From: Octopus sinensis
Lineage: Eukaryota
Direction of reading: 5' to 3'
Assembly (NCBI RefSeq): GCF_006345805.1
Contig: NC_043001.1
Location: 100,564,001-100,628,000 of the forward strand
DNA: 64,000 bases
The notes under the pieces were generated by a model that made no database searches, was not told where the DNA came from, and worked only from the letters and a program-made list of their open reading frames with translations. Positions 52,604-64,000 of this stretch are shown here, one piece after another. How positions within the stretch are numbered: the first letter of the stretch is position 1; each line of letters starts with the position of its first letter. The translations under genes were made by a program, and so were the position numbers.

Positions 52604-53280
52604 ACGGGAAGCTTTATGAAAATAGACAAAAGACGAAGGCAGGTGGAAAACAAACAAACAATTGTATTAGTATGGCGCTCAGGAAATATAAATAAAACAA
52701 GTCTTTAACGTTTCGAGCCTACGCTCTTCAACAGAAAGATACACAGAGAGAAAAAAAACACAGAAAGAAGGAGAGAAAAAAATGCGTGCAGTAACTAACG
52801 AATCAACATGGCGATCTGATTTCGGCCAGAAGTCAAAGATCAAACATGAGACGCGAGAGCGAAATAAGGGGAGATAATAGGGTTGATAATAGGGTTGAAT
52901 GACCACTTATTAGTGCGTAGGAGGGGTCTGGACGTGTGTATGTATAGGGTTGGTGTATGTATTAGTATGTATAAGGGTGTGTGTGTGTGTGTATGAGAGA
53001 GTATTAGTGCGTAGGATAGGTCTGGACAGGCGTATGTATGGGGTTGGTGTATGTATTAGTATGTATTAGTACGTATTAGTATGTATAAGTGTGTGTGTGT
53101 GTGTATGAGAGAGTATAAGTGCGTATGAGGGGTCTGGACGTGTGTATGTATAGGGTTGGTGTATGTATTAGTATGTATTAGTATGTATTAGTATGTATTA
53201 GTACGTATTAGTATGTATTAGTTGGTGTATGTATTAGTATGGCACATCATATATGATGTGATGTGTAAAGTCGTGTGGTG
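52600..53280 (-). mobile_element. PLE-like terminal region with hammerhead-like motif (52703-52738) and (GTATTAGTAT)n repeats
   Basis: cttt-CTGTTGA-A-GAGC gtag GCTC-GAAAC-GTT-aaag. Confidence 0.65.
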
Positions 53281-53367
53281 TAGTGAGGAGAAGAGGGGGA
53301 GGGGAGAAGGGGGGAGAAGGGGGGAGAAGGGGGAAGAAGAGGGGGAGGAGAGGGGGGGAAGAGGAGA

Positions 53368-53417
<50 letters not shown>

Positions 53418-53625
53418 CTCTCTCTTTCGGAGAGGCACTGAGCAGCTATACGCACACATACATAAACGGCAGTAACTTCCGCTTACCGTATTCAATCACA
53501 AAGTTCCGGTCGGCTCGGGGCTATAGTGGAAGACACCTACCCAAAGTGCCATGCAGTGGGACTGAACCCAAAACCATGTAGTTAGGAAGCAATCTCCCTA
53601 ACCACACATCCATGCCCGCACCTAC

Positions 53626-53676
<51 letters not shown>

Positions 53677-53681
53677 ATATC

Positions 53682-53718
<37 letters not shown>

Positions 53719-53719
53719 T

Positions 53720-54319
53720 ATATAAAAGGGCTTAGTAAAATAAATTACTTTGCCGCATACTGAACTCATTAGAAATAGCAGCTAAAAAACTTTTTTAAGG
53801 CTATTTCTAATACTTAAAGAAAATCTCTCTCATATATAGTGTTTGCTTAATTCAACTCACAAAAGTTTGGGGGTAAGGACATCGAAAAATCAAATGCTAA
53901 GGTTATTCGAGAACGTACGTTTCAAGATTAGTCAAAACAACATTTCTATCATCGGCTCAGAAATTCCTTGGTTTGGATTTGGAAACACTGAAAATAAGAA
54001 CATACCCTTTCGAAGATCTGCTCCCAACTAACAGTGCCAACAAATTCAAAATAAGCAAGCGAAGAATCTCTGTTCTCCCCTTTCCACCAGCGTGGGTTAA
54101 AATCATCAAACACTATGCTTATTTCGGTAAAATCCGAAGCATTAATCAGAGGGAGATTAATTATAATTTCAACAATTGAGGGCAAAATTAATTAATTATT
54201 AATCAATTTCACCAAGTGTTCAGTATGCAAAGGGACCATTCAAGGCGAATTCAAATTATTACATTATATAAAAGGGCTTAGTAAAATTAATAATTAATTA
54301 ATTTTGCCCTCAATTGTTG

Positions 54320-54325
<6 letters not shown>
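53720..54325 (-). mobile_element. PLE-like terminal repeat with short direct and inverted duplications and a degenerate hammerhead (53909-53958)
   Basis: TATAAAAGGGCTTAGTAAAAT at ~53721 and ~54267; 54287-54323 is the reverse complement of 54166-54202; gag-CCGATGA..GAAACGTACGTT-ctc. Confidence 0.55.
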
Positions 54326-54357
<32 letters not shown>

Positions 54358-55133
54358 CGTATTGCCACAATTCAAACAATTTGCCAATACACAAACAGAT
54401 CGACCTGCATAAATATACACACATTAAAATATACATATTGCTGTTTATAAAATCATAGCCAGGCATCATATACCATTTATACTCACCAGTGGGACATTTT
54501 CATAAAACTTCCATACAAATACATTCATAATCCCACTAACACTTAGATATACATACATGGCCTCTTGCATATCTAAATACATATACATATACACATACAG
54601 TGCAGAAACTCAAAAACACACCCACTCATACATTCACACACATACTCACACACTCTCTCATATTCACATGCATGCACACACATCAACCAAGAAAGACATT
54701 TTCGACATTGAATTATAAACTGAAAATGTGAAGAGGGAGAAGGTGGAGGAGGGGGGTGGCAGAAACAGGGATGACAGCAACAAGAAACAAAAAAGCAACA
54801 AAATTAATGGCAATAACAGCGGCACCAACCAATGACAAGATCAACCTCATCCTTAACAACAATAGTAACAAAACCATCCAATATATCACCACCACCACCA
54901 CCACCACCACCACCACCATCAAAGGACAACATCAACAACAATAAGAGATGTTAGATCTTTTATTTAACACATTCAGAAAGCTGACACTAAAACTATTCGA
55001 TTAAATTAATTCGTTTCTGAAAAATAAAACAACTTTCTGTCAAATGAGATAATTTTGTGGTGACATTTCTGGGTGTAAAGATTTCTCACCAGAACTGTTT
55101 GCTTCATTGCATAAACAAGCACATAGATATCTA

Positions 55134-55183
<50 letters not shown>

Positions 55184-56257
55184 TCTCTGTATACAAATTA
55201 CTGGTACTTTAACAGTGTCCTGTGTCAGTGTTATTCTGAACGTTGAAACAAAACACTGAAACCAAACCAGAAATATTTAAATGTTGCTCGTTGCCAAGAA
55301 GGCATTAAAGATGCAAATCAGCCAATCTGGTTTACTTATTCCCTTATTAGTTGTGGTTTTATAGACTAAAGTATTTTGTTATTAGGAAACAAGACAGGAC
55401 CCTATTACCATGTTTGATCTGCAGGGGATTAGTTGGTAGGAATTCCATATGATAAGCAAAGTTTAATCTATAAACTCACTGTAGGTATAGTAGTATAGTG
55501 GACTCCAACCATTTTTCCTACGGACCTCTTTGGTTCTTATTTTACTCTGCTGGACCCTTAAAGCCATTTGATGTTTAAATAAAATCCTATTAAATTGTTA
55601 TATTACTAGGAATTGTATAAAGAATTAGTAAGATGCTTTGTGTATTCTAGAATTGCGACCAATTTATTGCGCACAAATTTAAAGAACAAAATCTTATATG
55701 GGTTCTCAAGAGTCATCCAGACCCCGGTTGAAACCGTTGATATTCTAGGATCACAGGCAGGTTGACAAAGTAATCCTAATATGTGGCAGATGTACAGGAA
55801 CAGCCAGTTGTAAGAGTTGTGGAGTTTATTCAAAGTCTTTTAATTCTTTGTAGAAATAATGGTTTGTTTTTGTTGCCTAGTGGGGCCCAGTAATGTATTT
55901 TAAAAGCATTTGAGCCAGAGTAAGAACAGAGTAAAAAGAGGTTGAGGAACTAGGAACACTGCTGGTAAAATAGGGTTTCTTAACAGAGTGTAAAAGGTAG
56001 ACTGTGTAATGATCATGTACAAGATGTAAGACATGAGTTTTGAATGCAGAATGATGTGGAAATAGTACAAAGAAATGCCACATGTTCAACTGGATATCAA
56101 ATGAATCAGGCCTGGAGTGCAAAAGATAAGACTGTGCTTCTACAGGAATGTGATGAGCATGGAGAAAATTAGTTGAATCGTATAAACTTCTTTTCTTTAC
56201 GGTGCTTTGTACAACTCACTTTTCGGCTTTTGTATAGAAACAGCATGAGATACTCAC

Positions 56258-56358
56258 GTCTGAAGCATCAAATTTTCTGCTGTCAAAAAATGTCCAACTC
56301 TTGTAAATATATGTTCGAAATTTGATTCTGATTTCTCTTTTTTTGTTTTGCATTTATT
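56258..56358 (-). other. Candidate ~101-nt exon
   Basis: Acceptor tttgtttcttcag and donor gtgagt; one open frame (..KEKSESNFEHIFTRVGHFLTAENLMLQ), protein not recognised. Confidence 0.3.
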
Positions 56359-56385
56359 CTGAAGAAACAAACTTGTACTAAGAGA

Positions 56386-56423
<38 letters not shown>

Positions 56424-56981
56424 AAGACATAGATATACATGTTCACACACATATACTCACACACATATACTCACACACAAAGACATAGATATACATGCAC
56501 ACACACACACAGATATACATGCACACACATATACACACACACAAACACAAAGACAGAGATATACATGCACACACACACATACACACACACACATACACAG
56601 ACATAGATATACATACACACACACACAAAGACATAGACACACACATACATGCATATATAAAACTGTATGTATAAGTAATTATACATATCTAAATCAGTCT
56701 GTGGAATACTCAGCCATTTGTATCATAATGTTATGAGCAAGCTATTCCGTTGATCAAATCAACTGGAACAGCAGAGGTAGCTGACCAAGTGCCAGCTCGT
56801 TAGTACCAGTGGAGCTTTTTAATTTGAAAATGGGCATCAGGCCAGTGGATCATTATGTACTTCCAAATAAACCTAAGCTGTGGCTCATATCCTTCCTGGA
56901 GGATCTGGTTCCACTTTAAATATGAGTGAAAAGGATATATACATATATTATGACATTATGTACAGAACAAATTATATTATT

Positions 56982-57362
56982 GTGAAGTATATTTGCCACT
57001 TAAATGTGGTTAACCACTAAGGGTGGATGCTACTGTAGCTTGTAGCCCCAGGAGAACATCTTTTCCAGCTGGCTATTGACACACTTTCTGTGCCGTATCA
57101 GTATTTGCAAAGGGAAGCCATCCTTCCCATCGTCGACCTGACGTGATACGCATGGACCCGGGTTTCTAGGTATTTACCTGTTGTCAGCGCACGACAATAC
57201 ATTCTAGGTCGACGATGGAAGGATGGCTTCCCTTTGCAAATACTGATTGGGCACAGAAAGTGTGTCAATAGTCAGCCAGAGAAGATGTTCTCCTGGGGCT
57301 ACAAGCTACAGTAGCATCCACCCTTAGTGGTTAGCCACATTTAAGTGGCAAATATACTTCAC
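56982..57362. repeat. Foldback/MITE-like inverted repeat, ~157-bp arms, ~66-bp spacer
   Basis: Arms differ by 7 substitutions and 1 indel (counted by eye). Confidence 0.95.
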
Positions 57363-57959
57363 GTTGTTGTGCAGCTGCTGTTTATACCTCGTTCAGAGAT
57401 TTATTAAATTATTTATTCCTGTCTTCTAATTCAGTTGCAGTTATTGAAAGACGACAAGCATTGCATACAAAACCGATAAACAAAGACACGGAGGATCTGG
57501 TAAGGGAGCTTCCCATGGTTGCTCAATCTACTGCAAATAGTAGAGAAACCACCTTCGAATCAGTTTGCTCTTTTCAAGAGGAAGTGCATTGGAATGACAA
57601 AAAACTAATGGCTGGAATAGCAATTATGAACAAAATTTTGTTGTATTTAGTCAAGTATTGATCAATAGAGTCACCAATGTGAATATATTTATAACCCAAT
57701 GAATATTTAATATATTGTCAGTATCACAGAAAACTGTAACAGTATTATAGTGATCTTAACTTTTTGTTACATTTCATTTAAGACAATAGACATAACTTAC
57801 TTCTGGTCATACCAACCTGAAAATGGTTATGCATGCTTACACCTAATACATAATATTTGGGTTAAAAAAATCTAGTATATACATATAGCCTATGCCAGCA
57901 TGGACAACAGACGTTAGATGATGATGATGATGATATATATGTATATTATGCCCTTAGAT

Positions 57960-58553
57960 ATATGTGAGGACAGCTGTGTGATGAAAAGCCATTCTCTAAC
58001 TGTGGATGGAACCTGTGGCAGAGGTAGACCCAGGAAGACATGGGATGAGGTGGTGAAGCATGATATTCAAACTTGGAACCTCACAGAGGCGATGACTAGT
58101 GACCAAAACCTTTGGTGATATGTTGTGCTTGAGATGACCCATCAAGCCAAGTGAAATCATAGTTGTGGCCAATGCTGGTTCCACGTAACTGGCACCTGTG
58201 CCAGTGACATGTAAAAAGTACTTTTTGAGTGTTGGGCCTCACGGAGACAAAGTGGCTGATGCTGGTGATAAATGAAAAGCTCCTTTTGAGTGTTGGGCCT
58301 CACAGAGGCAAGGACTAAGATCTTTAGAATTATGTCGTACTTGATAAGAAGACCTATCAAGTCAAGCAAAATCAGAGTCGTGGCAGATATTGGTGTCACA
58401 CAGATGGCACCCATGCCAGTGGCACATAAAAGCACTCATTAAACTCTTGGAGTGGTTGGCATTAGGAAGGGCATCCAGCCATAGAAACCATGCCAAATCA
58501 GACTGGAGTCTGGTGCAGCCTCCTAGCTTGCCAGCATGGATAATGGACGCTAA

Positions 58554-58585
<32 letters not shown>
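57960..58585 (+). mobile_element. Decayed RTE 3' end
   Basis: GTCGRGRPRKTWDEVVKHD through to (GAT)n. Confidence 0.85.
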
Positions 58586-58629
58586 ACTTAGATAAGTTTC
58601 GGCCAGAAATGGCCCAGGCCATATTTTGA

Positions 58630-59598
<969 letters not shown>

Positions 59599-61254
59599 CT
59601 ATAATTAAATTAGTGCCCAGCAAATCACTATTTATACAAATCAAACCAACTAATTTAGTTGCTATGAATAACTTAACGCTGTATGGCTCTCCCTGGACAG
59701 AAGAAGGAGATGCATGACTTCTGAGGAAGAATCTAACGCTAGTGACATTTATTTTTGCTTGCAGAAGATGTGATGACCATTTGATGGCTAAAAAATATTA
59801 GGTTAACCCAAATGCCTATATATAATTATGAATATAAATATAACTATATTAAAATTCTTCTTAGAAAGAGGGGGGCTATTTTCTGACAATGACAGTTTTG
59901 GGAGAAAGAAAACAAGAATGGTTAACAGATATCAAAGAAGAAAGGAACTAGTTTCAGGAAGCTGAATATTAATTTCACAGAAAATTAAATTTCTTTGATT
60001 TGGAGAGTAAAATGTAATTTTTGTCACCAAGCAAAATGAAAGTAACAGGCATGTTTCAGATTTATCAAACCTCATCAGTATATTGTACTCCATAAGCTTG
60101 CTTTCAATAGTTAACAGTTGTTACAAGCATAAAAAAACATATTTTGTGAAATCTATTCTTAATTTTATCTAATTCTTTCCTCTTTCCTTTGAGAATCAAC
60201 AAGAGTTGATTCTGCTACATTTTTTGAAATAAAGAAAGAAATTCTTTAAACAGTTTTTGTGGAATTAATGCTGACTTCATTTGAGTTATTTCTCTCAGCA
60301 CACTTGTTTATAATTATACAGGTTACGTTGACCAAAAATTTTCCTCCTACTTTTTCTACTTAAGTAGAATATGATGTACCAGAATGAATTGTTAAGAAAA
60401 AATTCCATTTCTATCTGTCACCTTATCTGATAATAAAGATCAGATTTTCTTTCTTATCATTTGTGAAATAGATTTTTGATTTTTTTGAAATTACCGATTT
60501 ACATAAATAAACTGGTTCTTTTGTTTGTTCATGCCTTTCCTTTCTCATTCTTTATCACGATATTCAGAATAGTCGGCTTGAAATAACAAATTTTACATAT
60601 ATAAGTACACACAGACATGCCTGCATGCTTACACACACATACACATGCACCTCACACACACGCACGCGCACACACACACACACGCACAAAGTCAAACATT
60701 TACATTATGGCTTGAGAATTAAATGATTCCTCTACCATATGCTTCAATTAACTTTGAATATTGTCCATTTTCTGACTAATTTTTAATCTAGTTAAGTTTA
60801 ACCACAGATTCTGAGAAGCTTTGGTGTATGTGGCTTTATTTTCTCTCTCTTTGGCATGAATACCATAAATACCAGTAACGTACAAGGGTTGATCTTATGG
60901 GTTACATTTCTTCTCTTCTACTTATCAACTTTATTTTTAGGAAGGAAACCATCAATATTAATTTCATTTACATAAACAGTTTAGCTGTTAATTAGCCATG
61001 ATTTAATTATTGTTTCATTAAGATTAATTCTTCATTTGACCAATGAACTGAGCTGGTATCAATCATTGCATTAAGAATGGGGAGAAAATGGTAACTAAAA
61101 GCTAGACAAAGCTACTGATTCAATTAGAGACAATTCATGAGATGAAGTCATACAACAACTGCTCACTGCTGTCATTCTGCTCATAACTACTTAAATCAAA
61201 TGCTGAGATATTTAGTTTTACTACATCAAAATACCTGGCTGCTTCATCTTCCGG

Positions 61255-61680
61255 TGATCATCATCATCATCATCGTCATTATCATCGTTTAACATCCGTT
61301 TTCCATGCTAGCATGGGTTGGACGGTTTGACTGAGGTCTGGAGAGCAATGATAACATTCAGGTAGTGTTTTTTACATGCCACCGGCACAGAAGTCAGTCA
61401 GCTGGACCTGGCAACAATAACATTTGGATAGTGCTTTTTATGTTCCACTGGCACAGGAGCCAGTCTAGTGGTACTGGCATCAGCCACGTTCGGTTGGTGC
61501 TTTTTACATGCCAGCGGCATGGGAGCCAATCTAGGGGTACTGGTGTCGGCCATGTTTGGTTGATGCTTTTTATGTGCCACCAACACGGGAGCCTGTCAGG
61601 TGGAACTGGCATCAACTACGTTCAGATGGTGCTTTTTATGTCATCAGCATGGGAGCCAGTCAGGCAGCACAGCCTCCAGG
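61255..61680 (-). mobile_element. RTE 3' end with five ~65-bp units
   Basis: Conserved terminus, then repeated GTGCTTTTTA(C/T)(A/G)TGCCA. Confidence 0.85.
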
Positions 61681-61899
61681 TATGGTAAATTTTCCTATAA
61701 ACTGTGTCTGTTAATATACTTCTTAGTTGCATACTTTATATAGTAAACCAAAACGTTTAAATTAATCAAAACTAGTGATGAGTAAAACATCATTCTAAAA
61801 GACTAATTCTGTCAACAAAAATAAGGGAGACAAATATGGAATTTACATTAATAAAATGCAGTTTAGAATAAGTTTCATTGGATACTTTTTTTCCAGGTA

Positions 61900-62145
61900 T
61901 CTATATAGTTCACCAGCCAAAGCACCTGACATTAGTTTCCACATTAGCAGAAGACACGTTATTGATCAAAAGTTGGATGCAACATTTCCCTTTTCAGGAT
62001 CCTTGGCACACAACAATGTCCTTCCCTTTGTCATCCAGCTGGGGACTGCTGCACCTTCCTGCAAGCACACATCTGGCTGTTGTGCTATCCTTTCATGGAG
62101 CCTGCTCAGTTTCTTCACCCAAAAACCTTGGACTTCATCTGGCCT
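61900..62145 (-). mobile_element. R4/Dong-like RT N-terminal fragment
   Basis: PDEVQGFWVKKLSRLHERIA..VPSWMTKGRTLLCAKDPEKGNVASNF. Confidence 0.8.
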
Positions 62146-62520
62146 TAAGCTCTCCATCCACCATTCAAACAATATGGCCAGACCATCTCATTTGGTTTCT
62201 CAGAATCATTGATTTAATTGAAGTGATGCCTGCAGATACAAAGACATCTGTGTCTGGAGTAAAAAAAAATCCCTATTTAATGGTTAAAATGCTGCGAGGA
62301 CATTTTTGGTGGAATCGTTCTAATAGTTTGAAGTGTTTTTCATAGCACATCCATGTTTCAGAAGAATACAACAGGGATGGTAAGACAAACGATTTGTAAA
62401 GAACCAATTTTGTGTTGTTATTTAGATGCTGTTGGTGCCAAACATGTGGCTCCAAACCACCAGATGCTTATGCTGCCCTTTGAATTTGCAGATGCATTAC
62501 TGTGTCCAGATTTCCATCAT
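62146..62520 (-). mobile_element. RTE (BovB-like) RT C-terminal fragment
   Basis: TKLVLYKSFVLPSLLYSSETW..LERFHQKC..MRWSGHIVRM. Confidence 0.85.
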
Positions 62521-62539
62521 TTTGTACAGAGCTTCCAAA

Positions 62540-63420
62540 ATAAATGGAAGATTCAACAGCTCCAAGAAGTCAGAATGGAGTACTGCACTTATTGCATGTG
62601 AGCTTAAAAACTATTCCCTTGATATAGTTGCGCTCTCTTAAACATGTCTCTCTTGTGAGGGTCGAGTAAATGAACCTACTAATGAGTATACTATCTCCTG
62701 GAGAGGTCTTATCTAAGGGTCAGCGTAGAGAATCTGGTGTTGGGTTTGCTCTCAAGAATTCATTAGTATCCTCCATTGTGGAATTTCCAAGTGGTTTATC
62801 TAAATGGACCATGCCGTATTAAACTGACAAAAGGTAGGTCTCTTACCATTGTCAGTATTTATGCACCAACAATGTCCCATTCTGATGAAACTGTAAGGTA
62901 GTTGGTAGTTCTATGACAATCTAGCACAATTATTGCAGAAAGTACCAATTTCTAACAAGCTGGTCATATTGGAAGATTTCAATGCAAGAGTTGGAAACGA
63001 CTACATTTCATGGCCCGTTTTAGGTCGACATGGAATTGGAAAATGTAATAAAAAAGGAGTAGTTTTTTGACATTTTGTACTGAGAACAATCTGTTCGCAC
63101 CCAACACATTGTTTAAGCAGAAAAATAAATATACAACCACCCAAGATCTAAGCACTGGCATCTCATAGATTATATTTTGATCAGAAAGTATGATATGAAA
63201 GATGTTTCTAGTGTTCGGGTCATGAGAGGAGCAGAGAGCTGGACTGGCCATTGCCTAGTGCATGGAAAAAGGAATCTTTCGATAATGCCTAAATGTCAAC
63301 AGTGTGGTCCTAAGGTATCGTAAAAGTTAAATGTTGCCAACTTGAAATTACCAAGCAATTTGCAAAGATTCCACAATGCTATAGAAAGTATCATTCTTGA
63401 TCCAAACAATCTATGGCAAG
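62540..63420 (+). mobile_element. RTE (BovB-like) AP endonuclease fragment
   Basis: DIVALS, SGVGFA, SIYAPT, DFNARVG, LGRHGIG, HWHLIDYIL; stops and frameshifts. Confidence 0.9.
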
Positions 63421-63432
63421 ATTCCAAAACAG

Positions 63433-63477
<45 letters not shown>

Positions 63478-64000
63478 GTCTGTCTGTATATGTGTGTATG
63501 TGTGTGTGTGTGAGTGTGCATATATATGTATATATATATATGTGTGTGTGTATGTGTGTGTATACATACATACACACACATGCACACACACACACACACA
63601 CACACACATCCCAGTTGTAACAGTTTATTCACCTATGCTGTCAGCTACTTAGTATGAATACTAAAGATTACCAGTGAGTGTTATGCAATCTCTGAAGATT
63701 TGACAGTGCAATCAGATAATATGATTATCCTTATGCAACAATCCATTATCTTATGGGAGTAATGCATTCTTGAAAATCTTGCAGTAACATGAAATCTTAT
63801 AACACAAAATTAATTTTCTTGCTGTTATGAAGTGAGATTGTCTTTTGATGGCTTTTTCAAGAACAACAACAACAACAGCAAAGCAAGTAATCCAACCGTT
63901 TACATGCATCAAAATAACAATTTCTAAACATTCACTGTATAATATGTATGCATAAACATATATTTCAAGGAATAAATTAAAATCACAATAAGGTACATTG

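Noticed and set aside
53283-53370. G-rich purine tract as a second hyper-edited segment or G-quadruplex
   Set aside because: Low complexity, and there is no unedited counterpart in the window to compare.

Overview
Animal nuclear DNA: AT-rich, dense in (TA)n/(CA)n/(TATC)n/(TAA)n/(CAT)n microsatellites and made mostly of transposon debris. The repeat families look like those of an octopus (coleoid cephalopod); this is inferred from family resemblance, not tested. I found no intact host protein-coding gene, and most ORFs in the supplied track are translated microsatellites or repeat fragments. Recognisable elements: RTE-clade LINEs (one young 5'-truncated copy with an open RT frame and a PHD-type finger), an R4/Dong-like RLE cluster in (TAA)n, a CRE-like RLE fragment, many Penelope-like (PLE) pieces carrying minimal hammerhead ribozyme motifs, full-length decayed Tc1 and mariner elements, Tigger, hAT and Ty3/gypsy fragments, a non-autonomous Helitron, a TTAA MITE and three tRNA-derived SINE families. 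Most notable: (1) a PLE-like repeat copy at 33866-33972 that differs from its neighbour almost only by A->G in ADAR-like contexts (a possible hyper-edited RNA written back into the genome, or an assembly artefact); (2) copy-specific arrays of ~60-bp hairpin-forming units in the 3' UTR of the RTE family; (3) about ten hammerhead motifs, including core variants. All alignments and translations were done by eye; boundaries of decayed elements are approximate.
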